This document shows, piece after piece, positions 52,517 through 62,803 of a stretch of 64,000 nt of DNA. The stretch's first letter is position 1. Each line of letters opens with the position of its first letter. The position numbers were made by a program, and so were the translations under genes. The stretch is from an uncultured cyanobacterium (GTDB taxonomy: Bacteria; Cyanobacteriota; Cyanobacteriia; Pseudanabaenales; Pseudanabaenaceae): contig OY969811.1 of assembly GCA_963703315.1 (NCBI GenBank), positions 1,760,001 through 1,824,000 on the forward strand. Direction: 5' to 3'. Below the pieces are notes generated by a model. The model did no database searches, was not told where the DNA came from, and was given only the letters and a program-made list of their open reading frames with translations.

Positions 52517-54121
52517 CTATGGTTTGTAATGTTCGGGGCGTAATTTTTGTAATTGGGTATTGGTGTAATAGAAGTTGAGAATGCGATCGCTTGACCATCC
52601 TAACTTTGCCAGATTATAGGAACCTGTCTGGCTCATACCCACACCATGCCCCAAACCACCACCGATAAAGTCATAGCCCGTTAACACCTTATCTTTATAA
52701 ATCGGTTCTAATCTAAAGAAAGTGCTATCAGGTGGATCAAAAGCATCAATGATTTCATCTTTTCTGACGATAATTTTGCCTGTATCAGTGATAGCTTCCA
52801 TTTCTAAGACTCGACCTGAAGGCGATCGCTTGGTTACTCGCAATTGTTTAATCGCACTAAAGTTAGTAACGTTATCCCCTGAAAAGCGCAAAAACTTCTT
52901 TAAAGATATTTGTAACTCCTCTAATGTGCCACTCTTACGCCAGCGTAATGTTCGCCAACCGACTTCATTAAATCCTTCTTGACGATCTAGAAATGCCTTT
53001 AAATTTTTATCATCGGAAATATCTGCCGATCGCTGATTTTCAGGACGATTCGCGAGGTCTAATAACGATTGTAAATAGGGGCGTGGGGTTCCATCCCACA
53101 GATCATTGTAGTTCGCAGTAATTCCCCCTGTAGTTGAAGAATAAAGCGCGTCGATCACCCGATTGTTATAGGTCAGGACTAAGCCACTAGTGTCCGATAT
53201 AGCGCGATCAGCAACTTCCGTCGTATTCTCTAAACCTCGATATACTTGGCATTGAGTATCAGCACAGAGTTCATACTCATCAGCTTTAAAGCGGTGCAAA
53301 CTGGCTAAAACATAGGTACGCGCTAAAATTGCTTGGGCTTGCACCGCAGCGTAGGGCGCGTTATAACCAATTTCATGGGGAACGACACCCCGTATATAGG
53401 TTTCTAAAGGAACATTATTAACGAGAGTAAAGCTTTGATGGGCATTGGGTTGGAGTCTTAAAGTGCCTGCATAAGGGCGATTGCTGATTTCTGCCTTATT
53501 CTCTTTTTGATAGCTAACCTCCACGATCCCCGTACTGCTACTAATATCAAGGCGATCGCGATTATATTTAAAGTCTCCCACTGTCAATGAGGCGATCGCT
53601 TTTTGGGGAAGGATACGGCGATCAAGCTGAACGGTGACATTACCTTGCGCCCTTAGTGTATAAAACATCAAATAGCGCAATAACATTGAGTCATAAGTAT
53701 CCCGCTTTGCCCAAACTTGCCAACGTCTCGGTTGAGCAATTTCTGTTGGAATGCCTTTCTCTGCCCAATGGAATGCACTGGCGGCGGCATTCTCAAAACT
53801 ACGATGATTACTTAACACGATTTTCTCTTCGAGAATTGGCTGTGATAATTGCTGTGAAGCAATCTCAATCACCACGTGATCGCTAGTTAGAGTCTGTGTA
53901 CTTTTGCCATCGGCGGAGGGAAATGAGAGGGTTAGTTTGCCACCTGATGTTGCCTTGAGTGTAAGTTTATCCTGTGGTCTTTCGCCAAAACGCTGCACGA
54001 TGCCAATCTTCAAAATTGGATTAGAGTCTGATTGAGCTTGTACAAATTCGCCAGCAGTCAGCGTAAAAGAACAAATCGTCACAATTACGGTTTGGCGAAT
54101 AATAGCGAAAGTTTTTAGCAT
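52517..54121 (-). CDS. SpoIID/LytB domain protein
   Basis: LETYIRGVVPHE, AQAILARTY, CQVYRG, GLGHGVGMSQTG. Confidence 0.92.
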   Translation of the reverse strand: MLKTFAIIRQTVIVTICSFTLTAGEFVQAQSDSNPILKIGIVQRFGERPQDKLTLKATSGGKLTLSFPSADGKSTQTLTSDHVVIEIASQQLSQPILEEKIVLSNHRSFENAAASAFHWAEKGIPTEIAQPRRWQVWAKRDTYDSMLLRYLMFYTLRAQGNVTVQLDRRILPQKAIASLTVGDFKYNRDRLDISSSTGIVEVSYQKENKAEISNRPYAGTLRLQPNAHQSFTLVNNVPLETYIRGVVPHEIGYNAPYAAVQAQAILARTYVLASLHRFKADEYELCADTQCQVYRGLENTTEVADRAISDTSGLVLTYNNRVIDALYSSTTGGITANYNDLWDGTPRPYLQSLLDLANRPENQRSADISDDKNLKAFLDRQEGFNEVGWRTLRWRKSGTLEELQISLKKFLRFSGDNVTNFSAIKQLRVTKRSPSGRVLEMEAITDTGKIIVRKDEIIDAFDPPDSTFFRLEPIYKDKVLTGYDFIGGGLGHGVGMSQTGSYNLAKLGWSSDRILNFYYTNTQLQKLRPEHYKP

Positions 54122-54192
54122 AGCAAGCTCAATATTTCAGAACTCAGACATTCTACAACAGGAGAGGCGGCGCTTTGCGCCGCCTCTCCTGT

Positions 54193-55038
54193 TTAAAAAT
54201 CACCATAATCAACTTGCAAGCAAGTCAAGCCAAGATCTCGCCAGACTCTCACTACTTGATCGCGATCGTCTAGAACAAAAGCCACATTGTACTTATCAAG
54301 AATAAATTGATCATAAATTTCCTTTTTGACAATACTATCTTTGCGCGAGTCGCCAGACTTTCGCATATACAGAGCATCAAAGGAAATATTGTGCTTTTCC
54401 AGCCATGCTAGGGTTTGGGGCTTAAATTGATCCTCTCTGCCAGACACAAACACGATCGCCTTGCCTGAAGTTTGCAAAATGGATCGCACTGGCTCATTGA
54501 CTAAATCCTGCTCACATTTAGCAGCATCATAGGGACTGCGATCGCCAATCAAAGCGATCGTGCCATCGAGATCGCAGAGAACTGCATCAGGCAAATCTGG
54601 ATTATAAGCAGGTTTGGGCGCTCTCGGTGGCGCAATAAACTGGTTATACATATCCCGAATTACTTTCTCGCCCACAGAGTTAGGACGCTTTAAGTCGCGC
54701 TCAATGCAAGTCTCAAGGCTGACATGACGAAAATCTACTATCTCTAATACTGCCAAGCCTTTGATCAGTTCCCTAATTCTCGCTTCATGTTTGGGAGCAA
54801 GATGCGTATTATCAACGATAACGTGCTTTCCATTTTCCAGAGCTTCCTTAATGATCATGTCTTGAATATTTAAGACAAACTTTTCATTCCCTTTGGAAAA
54901 ATAAGAGTTATCCAACATAGCGCGAAGCTCGTCTTTGTTGACGCGCTTAATGCTATTGGGTGCTTTATCAACCTTATTCTTTGCCCATGTGGATTTGCCC
55001 GAAGCAGGAAGTCCAATTGTAAAATAAACTGTCAGCAT
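54193..55038 (-). CDS. T4 PseT-like polynucleotide 5'-kinase / 3'-phosphatase
   Basis: P-loop GLPASGKST, VNKDELR, IVDNT; HAD DLDGT, VSGR, LDDR; likely ATG 55038. Confidence 0.88.
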   Translation of the reverse strand: MLTVYFTIGLPASGKSTWAKNKVDKAPNSIKRVNKDELRAMLDNSYFSKGNEKFVLNIQDMIIKEALENGKHVIVDNTHLAPKHEARIRELIKGLAVLEIVDFRHVSLETCIERDLKRPNSVGEKVIRDMYNQFIAPPRAPKPAYNPDLPDAVLCDLDGTIALIGDRSPYDAAKCEQDLVNEPVRSILQTSGKAIVFVSGREDQFKPQTLAWLEKHNISFDALYMRKSGDSRKDSIVKKEIYDQFILDKYNVAFVLDDRDQVVRVWRDLGLTCLQVDYGDF

Positions 55039-55102
55039 GATTTTGTGTTCTCTAAATTGAATAATTTTCCAAAACTCGCTTTGCAAGTTTTGGAAAATTT
55101 AA

Positions 55103-56155
55103 TTAGTTATCGTCATTATCCATAAAAGGCTTTTCATAGGCAGGCTTAATAGTGCGCCAAATGTAATCACTATAGTCTTTGCCATCTAAGAGAGAGAAGA
55201 GAATTGTATGGTTCTTGCAAGTTAGAATATGTTTCGCCATTTCTTTGCGATCGCGCCGATCTACTACCGCCACAATCCTCTCAAAATCAGCTTTTGCTTG
55301 ATTCTCAATCTCTTGATATTGAGCTACGAGAGCAGCCTTAGTTTCCTTAACCCAATTGTAAAACTCATCGGGAACGCGCTCTAAAATATCTTCAAAGGGA
55401 GTTTTGTCACGCAGCATTTCCCAAATGACTTTGCTCGTCACTTGCGTGAGGACACGATGCAACTTCACATAATCAGCAAACTTAAATTTAAGTCGTAAGC
55501 CACTAGCAAAGCGAATTACAAAACCTTCTTGATTCTGTTCATTAAGATTGGTGATCGCCTGTAAATCCTTCAACCCATCATACTTTTTGGCGATCGGGAA
55601 ACCTAAATGACTAAATGATTCAATCGGCTTTTCTATCCCTGATTCTGTTTCAATGACCGCTAGCAATACCAAAGCTTCATAATCACCATAATTCACCACA
55701 ATGCGATTAGATGGATAAATGATTTCAAACAAATAGGTTAGCGATCGCTCTAGTAAGGGAATCGCTTCACTATAAAGTGAATTCAAGATTTGATTAGCTT
55801 TAATCGCTTGATCCGAGTTAAAACTACCTCTAGAAGCAATATAAGCTTGATCTTGATACCAGTATAAAATCCCTAATGAGCCATCCAGCTTTTCATAAAT
55901 ATCAAAAGGTTCTGCGGGTAAAGCTTCTTGATGTTCTTGCAGGTTAAAAAATTTGGATAAAGGACGCGCCTTGATTGCCCCATGCATATCCAAAATTAAA
56001 CCTCGGCATTGCATTGTCTCAGGAGTCCAAACGCGATCGTACTGCGCTTTGGCAGTGTAATTATAGATAAACAATTCCCCACTAATATGAGGTCGCTTAG
56101 TGATATACCCCTCTGCAATTAGTTGATCGATTTTCTTTAAATTGATAGCGCTCAT
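55103..56155 (-). CDS. T4 Rnl1-family RNA ligase
   Basis: CRGLIL, RPLSKFFN, motif I EKLDGSLG, FEII, EGFVI, KFKFADY; likely ATG 56155. Confidence 0.88.
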   Translation of the reverse strand: MSAINLKKIDQLIAEGYITKRPHISGELFIYNYTAKAQYDRVWTPETMQCRGLILDMHGAIKARPLSKFFNLQEHQEALPAEPFDIYEKLDGSLGILYWYQDQAYIASRGSFNSDQAIKANQILNSLYSEAIPLLERSLTYLFEIIYPSNRIVVNYGDYEALVLLAVIETESGIEKPIESFSHLGFPIAKKYDGLKDLQAITNLNEQNQEGFVIRFASGLRLKFKFADYVKLHRVLTQVTSKVIWEMLRDKTPFEDILERVPDEFYNWVKETKAALVAQYQEIENQAKADFERIVAVVDRRDRKEMAKHILTCKNHTILFSLLDGKDYSDYIWRTIKPAYEKPFMDNDDN

Positions 56156-56471
56156 TATATATTTCTCTTCTTTTTCTCTTTCTTGATACCAAAGAGGGCG
56201 ATCGCTAGTATAAAACAAATATGACGACTCCCATCTCTAACTCGCGGACGAGTTATAGCATTTCACAGTCTAGCAAGATTGTTTCCTCGCTTGCTTGAAA
56301 AGCGCCATATTGACATCGAGTTATTGGCGTTAAATGTAAGATGGTTTAGCGATCGCCTAACCTATAATTTTTGCTCAATTGATACGTTAAGTTACACTAA
56401 AGCATCGTACATTTAATTCAGTCTTCCTACTGAGAAAACAAATATAATGTATAATTAATTGACTTAGAAAT

Positions 56472-56849
56472 ATGGCAAAAATTCTACTGGTTGAAGATAA
56501 TGAAATGAATCGTGATATGTTGTCGCGAAGATTAATGCGTAGGGGATTTGACGTTATAGTTGCGGTTGATGGAGCATCAGGGATTACAAAAGCCGAATTA
56601 GAATTACCTGATTTGATCGTTATGGATATGAGTTTACCAATTGTTGATGGGTGGGAAGCTACTAAACGCTTGAGACAAATAACGGCAACACGTAATATTC
56701 CCATTATTGGTTGCTCAGCCCATGCAATGGTTGGCGATCACGAAAGAGGTATAGAGGCAGGATGTGACGATTATGATACTAAGCCAATTGAATTTACACG
56801 CCTCCTCGGAAAAATCGAGAGTTTGTTAAAAAAATATGCCAGAAACTAA
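56472..56849 (+). CDS. Single-domain response regulator (DivK/CheY-like)
   Basis: LVEDN, VMDMSLP, TKPI. Confidence 0.92.
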   Translation: MAKILLVEDNEMNRDMLSRRLMRRGFDVIVAVDGASGITKAELELPDLIVMDMSLPIVDGWEATKRLRQITATRNIPIIGCSAHAMVGDHERGIEAGCDDYDTKPIEFTRLLGKIESLLKKYARN

Positions 56850-57852
56850 TGAATCTAACTTATTGATTGTTGATGACGACAAAATGAATCGGGAGATTAT
56901 GTATCGTCATCTCAAGAATTTAGGATATCTAAATATCAATTTGGCAGAAAGTGGCAAAAGAGCATTAGAGATTGTTGCCACTCAACCCATTGATTTGATC
57001 CTGCTAGATATGATGATGCCAGTGATGAATGGCTTAGAGGTGCTAACTCATCTCAAAGAAAGTCAAGAATGGCGATTGATCCCTGTAATTATTATTTCTG
57101 CATTAGACGAAAAAGAAATGATGCTGACCTGCATCGAAAAGGGGGCAGAAGATTATTTGATTAAGCCATACGATCGCGTTCTGCTCAAAGCAAGGGTAAG
57201 TGCTTGTCTTGAGAAGAAAATGTTACACGATCGCGAAGTTCTCAATAAGCAAAAACTAGAAGCGGCTTATGCAGAACTAGCAGTGGCATATCATGAATTA
57301 GAAGTTATTAAAAATGAATTAGAGGGATTATCCCATCGAGATGGATTAACAGGGATTGCGAATCGTCGTTATTTTGATACAGTTCTAGAAAGAGAATGGA
57401 ATGCTGTTCGTAGAGAAAAGAAATGCCTCTCGCTTATCTTATTTGATATCGACTATTTCAAAAAATATAATGATACCTATGGACATCTAGCAGGTGATGA
57501 TTGTCTATGTCAAATAGCGATCGCTGCTTCTACAGTAATTAAGCGACCAAGAGACACCTTAGCAAGATATGGCGGTGAAGAATTTGCGGTGATTTTGCCA
57601 GATACTGATTCCGCAGGAGCGCTTGTTTGTGCAGAACAAATCCGTCATGCGATCGAAAGCTTAAATATTATTCATATATCTTCACAAGCCAGTCCCTATG
57701 TTACCGCAAGTTTAGGAATATCCACATTTATACCTAATGAAGAAGTCTCAACTTCGCAACAATTAATTAAAGAAGCAGATCTAGCACTCTATCAAGCTAA
57801 ACGAGAGAGTAGAAATTGCGTCAAAGTCTGGTCAAATCCCTCAAGCCTATAG
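56836..57852 (+). CDS. REC-GGDEF diguanylate cyclase
   Basis: LLDMMMP receiver; DIDYFKKYNDTYGH; I-site RPRD; RYGGEEF. Confidence 0.93.
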   Translation: MPETNESNLLIVDDDKMNREIMYRHLKNLGYLNINLAESGKRALEIVATQPIDLILLDMMMPVMNGLEVLTHLKESQEWRLIPVIIISALDEKEMMLTCIEKGAEDYLIKPYDRVLLKARVSACLEKKMLHDREVLNKQKLEAAYAELAVAYHELEVIKNELEGLSHRDGLTGIANRRYFDTVLEREWNAVRREKKCLSLILFDIDYFKKYNDTYGHLAGDDCLCQIAIAASTVIKRPRDTLARYGGEEFAVILPDTDSAGALVCAEQIRHAIESLNIIHISSQASPYVTASLGISTFIPNEEVSTSQQLIKEADLALYQAKRESRNCVKVWSNPSSL

Positions 57853-57936
57853 CGCACAATGCGCTATAGGCTTGAGGGATTATGCCTACATAGTACAAAA
57901 GAGAGTTGTAGTAACACAAGTACAGCAATTCTCTTT

Positions 57937-58052
57937 TATAGCTGTCGCCATTCTTGTTAGGACACAAAACCAGAAGATGAGTGGCGGCGCGAAGCGCCGC
58001 CACTCATCTTCTGGGGTTTCGATTTGTCCTAATACAAGTGACGTTAGCTATA
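57937..58052. mobile_element. MITE-like family A, full copy
   Basis: TATAGCT...AGCTATA ends, TTAGGACA/TGTCCTAA inner IR, central GAA hairpin. Confidence 0.72.
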
Positions 58053-58165
58053 TAAACCTATTGGCGACAGTTATAAAAAAGATAGTTTAGAGTGGCGGTG
58101 CAACTCGCCACTCTAAACTATCTTTTTGGGTCTGGTACTATACTATAAAAAACGGGAAGCGCAGA

Positions 58166-58852
58166 ATGGGAACTCAAAACTTTCAGGTATTAATTGTTGA
58201 TGACAACGAAATAAATCGCGATATGCTGATGCGGCGATTGCGGAGAAAAGACTTTAACTTATCGATCGCTGTGAATGGTCGTGAGGCGATGTCGATGATC
58301 CAGACACACCTCTATGACTTGATTCTCTTAGATATTATGATGCCTGAAGTTGATGGATATGCAGTTCTCACATATCTCAAAAAAGATCCCCAACTGCGTA
58401 GTATTCCTGTAATTATGATTTCAGCACTAGAGGAAATGGATAGTGTGATGAAATGCATGGAGATTGGCGCAGATGACTACTTAACGAAGCCATTTGACCC
58501 AGAAATGTTAAAAGCTGCCATCAATCGCTGTTTGCCAAATAGAATGAATTTCTCAAATTTGCCAACGAGTTCTTCTAATACATCGCTTGGTTCTAAGGGA
58601 AATCAGAGTCCTGATTCTAAGCTTGTAGAAGATACTACTCGTGGTATACCGACTAGATTAATTAGTCTTGATGAGATTGTCCATCAAATTATGCAGACAG
58701 GAGTAATTAGTCGCAAAGATTACTTAAGTTTTAGTAAAGCGATTTTTAGCACTTTGTTTGAGCATTCGGGATTGAATGAGCAAGAAGTCTATCAGATTCG
58801 TTCTGTCTTTGATGGAATTCATTCAGGGCAAATCAGAGTAGCTGATCAATAG
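58166..58852 (+). CDS. Response regulator with unrecognised C-terminal domain
   Basis: IVDDN, LLDIMMP, LTKPF. Confidence 0.85.
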   Translation: MGTQNFQVLIVDDNEINRDMLMRRLRRKDFNLSIAVNGREAMSMIQTHLYDLILLDIMMPEVDGYAVLTYLKKDPQLRSIPVIMISALEEMDSVMKCMEIGADDYLTKPFDPEMLKAAINRCLPNRMNFSNLPTSSSNTSLGSKGNQSPDSKLVEDTTRGIPTRLISLDEIVHQIMQTGVISRKDYLSFSKAIFSTLFEHSGLNEQEVYQIRSVFDGIHSGQIRVADQ

Positions 58853-58905
58853 AAAACCCAAAAGAGAGGTGCGGCGCGAAGCGCCGCACCTCTCTTTTGG
58901 GTTTT
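58853..58905. repeat. Family A core palindrome between convergent genes
   Basis: AAAACCCAAAAGAGAGGTGCGGCGC-GAA-GCGCCGCACCTCTCTTTTGGGTTTT. Confidence 0.7.
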
Positions 58906-58914
58906 GGTTTTCTA

Positions 58915-59646
58915 TTACAAAAGTTCTTTAGGCACATTTTGAGCCGAGGTTAAACTAATCGCACTATGCCAATTAGTAGAGTGACCGCGTACGCCTCTCC
59001 CCCATTGAATATTAGTGAGATTTGCGCCGTCTAGATTAGCTCGACTTAAGTTTACATCGCGTAAATCAGCACCACTTAAATTAGCACCACTTAAATTAGC
59101 ACCACTTAAATCAGCACCACTTAAATCAGCACCTTGCAATTGAGATCGCCTTAAATCAGCACAAAATAACTTTGCACTCCAAAAAATTCCTTCACTTAAA
59201 TCCGCATTACTGAGATTTGCTTGCCAAAAAATAGCGTGGCTAGCATTGATATTCTGTAAATTTGCACCTTGAAGATTTGCACTGTTAAAATTTGCAGCGA
59301 TCGCATTGGCTCTTTGCAAATTGACATTTTGCAATTCTGCAAAGGTAAAAATAGCACTGTAAAGATTCGCATCACTGAGATCGGCATAGTTAAGGGAACC
59401 TGTGGCGATCGCTCCATTCAAACTAGCCTCTGCTAAATTGGCATAATCTAAATTTGCCTCAATCAAATTGGCGTGATACAGATCTGCACCTTGGAGATTT
59501 GCCTGACTCAAGTTGGCATGACGAAGATTGGCAACCTCAAGCAAAGCATTTTGCAAATTAATCGGTACATCGGAGTGCTGCGATCGCCAATGATTCCAAC
59601 CCTCTACGCCATCAGTAAGCCGTTGTAACTGCTGGATATCAGCCAT
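58915..59646 (-). CDS. Pentapeptide repeat protein
   Basis: A(D/N)LXX repeats; N-terminal GVEGWNHWR. Confidence 0.92.
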   Translation of the reverse strand: MADIQQLQRLTDGVEGWNHWRSQHSDVPINLQNALLEVANLRHANLSQANLQGADLYHANLIEANLDYANLAEASLNGAIATGSLNYADLSDANLYSAIFTFAELQNVNLQRANAIAANFNSANLQGANLQNINASHAIFWQANLSNADLSEGIFWSAKLFCADLRRSQLQGADLSGADLSGANLSGANLSGADLRDVNLSRANLDGANLTNIQWGRGVRGHSTNWHSAISLTSAQNVPKELL

Positions 59647-59804
59647 GTTTGCCTCCTAAATATTGCATTCATTTCAATTTACAGCGCGAAGCAACGTTAT
59701 ATCAATTCACAAAAGCTTTGGGTTAAATTGTTAAGCTAAGATAGCCACAGGGCTGTTTAGAATTTTTAGCTAAGGCGATCGCCATAATTGGTCTCAAAAC
59801 TAGT

Positions 59805-61433
59805 ATGAGTGAAATACCTGTAAGTTCTTCTGTATGGAAGCAACTCCGTAATCAAGAAATCACGCTGGAAGAAGCACTGCAATTATTGGTCGATAAACGT
59901 GGGGGGCTACGGATTGAATTACTAGATGAAGATGTTAATTATCGTTTTTTTCACCATTTCGATGATCGTAAATCTTTACCACCTGTCATTCCTTTACTGC
60001 TATGGCATGGCTATTTTTATCTAGGGTCACCGCGATCTCTTGATCCTGATGAAATAAAACGATTAAGTAATGGCACATTAACAGGCATCAAACATATAAC
60101 GATCTCTTCCGAAAGTTATCTACTCTGGTTTCTCAGACAAAATCTTCCTGAACCTAGCAATATTGCTCCACCGATCATCAATCCTCTTACAGGCACTAAC
60201 GAAGAAGCCCACCTAGATGAGATATCTGAAATATATTTATCCCAAGCCCTTGATCAAACCCATCGCATTAATGCCTTAATTTCGGTTGCGCTGCAACATC
60301 GGGCTAGTGATATTCATTTAGAACCAACAGAAGTAGGACTGCGAGTTCGCTATCGCATTGATGGGTTATTAAGAACCACACGCATTTTACCCACCGAAGT
60401 TAGTCGCAAGACCATTGTGGCTCTTAAAGTCATGAGCAACATGGACATCGGGGAAAGTCGTCGTCCTCAGGATGGTCGGATTAGTCAGCACTACGTCACA
60501 GCCGACAATCTTGACCTCGACTTAGATATGCGGGTCAGCACCTTTCCCTGCGTTGGTGGAGAGAAAGTGGTGATCAGGTTGTTGCCGCGTAACAAAATGC
60601 TATCCACCAGACTCGAAGATGTTGGATTCAATCAGCGATCGCTAGATATTTATCGCAGTTGGCTCACTCAACCGCAAGGATTAATTATTGTGACTGGACC
60701 CACAGGTTCAGGCAAAACTAGTACTTTATACGCCACTCTCCAATTATTAGCGACGGATCAGGTAAATGTGATCACAATGGAAGATCCCGTTGAATATAAC
60801 TTGGCAAATATTACGCAAGGACAAGTACAAGAAACAGGCGGACTTACCTTTGCGACAGGGCTAAAGTCGATTTTGCGCCAAGATCCTGACATCATTATGG
60901 TAGGTGAAATCCGTGATTTGGAGACGGCAGAAATTACAATTCGGGCAGCATTGACAGGGCATTTAGTTCTATCAACTATGCATACCAATGATGCTGTGAG
61001 TACCGTAGCGAGATTAAAGGATTTAGGACTGCATCCTAGTCTGATTGCGGACTCTTTGCTAGGTGTAGTTGCTCAAAGGCTAGTACGCAAAATCTGTTCC
61101 TTCTGTTCTGAATGCTATGTACCCACAAAAGAAGAACTGCACTTTCTCAAAGTAGCGGTACAGGATGTCAAATATCAGGATTGGCGACAGGGTAAAGGTT
61201 GCGAACATTGTTTTGGTTCGGGCTATTTGGGACGTGAAGCCATCTTTGAAGTATTGAATATGACTCCCCAACTCCGAAAAATCATGCAAGAGGGGAGTCA
61301 ATCAGACCTAGTTGATTACTTAACAAATCATGGTTATGAGTCTTTTTTCCATACTGTGCGTGAGAAAATTTCGTCAGGAACAACGACATTAAAAGAAGCT
61401 TTGCGAGTACTACCTCGTCAAATGTTTGAATAA
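59805..61433 (+). CDS. GspE/PulE/PilB family secretion or pilus ATPase
   Basis: ASDIHLEP, RPQDG, GPTGSGKTST, LRQDPDIIMVGEIRD, CxxC..CxxC. Confidence 0.92.
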   Translation: MSEIPVSSSVWKQLRNQEITLEEALQLLVDKRGGLRIELLDEDVNYRFFHHFDDRKSLPPVIPLLLWHGYFYLGSPRSLDPDEIKRLSNGTLTGIKHITISSESYLLWFLRQNLPEPSNIAPPIINPLTGTNEEAHLDEISEIYLSQALDQTHRINALISVALQHRASDIHLEPTEVGLRVRYRIDGLLRTTRILPTEVSRKTIVALKVMSNMDIGESRRPQDGRISQHYVTADNLDLDLDMRVSTFPCVGGEKVVIRLLPRNKMLSTRLEDVGFNQRSLDIYRSWLTQPQGLIIVTGPTGSGKTSTLYATLQLLATDQVNVITMEDPVEYNLANITQGQVQETGGLTFATGLKSILRQDPDIIMVGEIRDLETAEITIRAALTGHLVLSTMHTNDAVSTVARLKDLGLHPSLIADSLLGVVAQRLVRKICSFCSECYVPTKEELHFLKVAVQDVKYQDWRQGKGCEHCFGSGYLGREAIFEVLNMTPQLRKIMQEGSQSDLVDYLTNHGYESFFHTVREKISSGTTTLKEALRVLPRQMFE

Positions 61434-61466
61434 AAAGAATGTCAGCACTTCGTGCTGACATTCTTT

Positions 61467-62669
61467 TTATTGTGCGAAGTTAAGTGGGTCTTGATCGCGC
61501 CGATGTTTGACAGGAATTGGTGTACTTTGCCGATCGCCTACTAATGCCGCCGTTTTTTCGAGAGCTTCTCGCAGACGCTTAGCGGCATAGATAGACATAT
61601 CGCGTGGAACACTAATGCGATCGCGCAAATATCGTAGAGCAATATCTGAGTCAGATGGAGGTGTCGCAACTTGATCCGTAATCATATTGGTTAACGCGCA
61701 ACGTAAAGCCTCGTCAAATAATTGATCATCCGCAGGATTAACGCGAATAATATTAGCGTGATGTTTAATTACGCGGTACAGCGCTTCTTCACGGGAATTC
61801 TCTGGCTCAGGATAAGTCACATCGGGCAGACCAAACCAAGAGCCTTGATCTACTCTTTTCTGATTAATTAAGGTCTGTGGTGCTACATTTGCCCAGCAAC
61901 CTCCCATTTGTGGCGGTAAGTCATGGGCATGGGTATGAAAATCGCTCTGAGTACCGCGATAAGTAGATCGACTTTCCATTGCCGCAAACCAGTCCGACAT
62001 TCGGGGATTTTCTTCTCGCAGCGAATAGCCTTTGTAATAGTAGAGACTGGCATTCATGCGCTCGACGTAGGGCGTAAAAATCACATCTGCTGTGCCAAAC
62101 TCGTCCAAAAAGTAAGGGCTAGGAGTATCACCTAAGACTTGCTCGACTCTTTGCATCACCTCTACAAATTGTTGACGATATTTCTGTTCTTGTTCTTCAG
62201 ATTTAAAAAAACGACAGAGCCATTCACACCATGCTCTAAACAATGTTCTCTCTAATCTCCTGATAGGGAGTACTTGCGAGTCAGTCATACTGCGACCGAG
62301 AGAACCGAAAACCTGTTCTAAAGCAATCAAAATATCATCGCTTTCAGTAATTAAGCGTCCATCTAACTCGATCGCTGGCAGCATTCCTGAAGGCACTTTC
62401 CGCTTATACCACGCTTCTTTTTCGCCATAGCAAAACATAGTCACTTTTTCAATGCGATAGGGAACTTGCTTCTCCTCTAGCCATAGCCAAATTTTTTGAC
62501 AGTATGGACACCATGCATGATGATCGCGATATAGAGTCACACGCACATCGGCTTCAGAATGTCCAAAGAGGCGTAACCTTGCTTGGGCATTGGTAGAACC
62601 ATTAATCGTATCTATTTGGAAATTGGTGAGGGATTCTAGTTCTGTCCAACTTAGAGGCGTAATAGTCAT
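61467..62669 (-). CDS. Glutathione S-transferase family protein
   Basis: WCPYCQK, GMLPA, ITESDDI. Confidence 0.88.
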   Translation of the reverse strand: MTITPLSWTELESLTNFQIDTINGSTNAQARLRLFGHSEADVRVTLYRDHHAWCPYCQKIWLWLEEKQVPYRIEKVTMFCYGEKEAWYKRKVPSGMLPAIELDGRLITESDDILIALEQVFGSLGRSMTDSQVLPIRRLERTLFRAWCEWLCRFFKSEEQEQKYRQQFVEVMQRVEQVLGDTPSPYFLDEFGTADVIFTPYVERMNASLYYYKGYSLREENPRMSDWFAAMESRSTYRGTQSDFHTHAHDLPPQMGGCWANVAPQTLINQKRVDQGSWFGLPDVTYPEPENSREEALYRVIKHHANIIRVNPADDQLFDEALRCALTNMITDQVATPPSDSDIALRYLRDRISVPRDMSIYAAKRLREALEKTAALVGDRQSTPIPVKHRRDQDPLNFAQ

Positions 62670-62722
62670 AGGAACATATATAGTGTAAGTCTCTCATTTT
62701 ACATCAGCATCAATTCCTGAAT

Positions 62723-62782
62723 TAAGTAGCTAGGACAGATTTAAAACCTGTGGCGCACGCACAGCATGCGCCACAGGTTTTA
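62723..62782. mobile_element. MITE-like family B, partial copy
   Basis: TAAGTAGCTAGG end plus AAAACCTGTGGCGCACGC-ACA-GCATGCGCCACAGGTTTT. Confidence 0.6.
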
Positions 62783-62803
62783 GAATTTTATATCAAGTGA
62801 AGA

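Noticed and set aside
54193..56218. Prophage around the T4-like genes
   Set aside because: Flanks are a SpoIID-domain gene and response regulators; no structural, integrase or replication genes.
59063..59135. 15-bp tandem repeat AAATyAGCACCACTT
   Set aside because: Simply encodes the A(D/N)LSG pentapeptide repeats.
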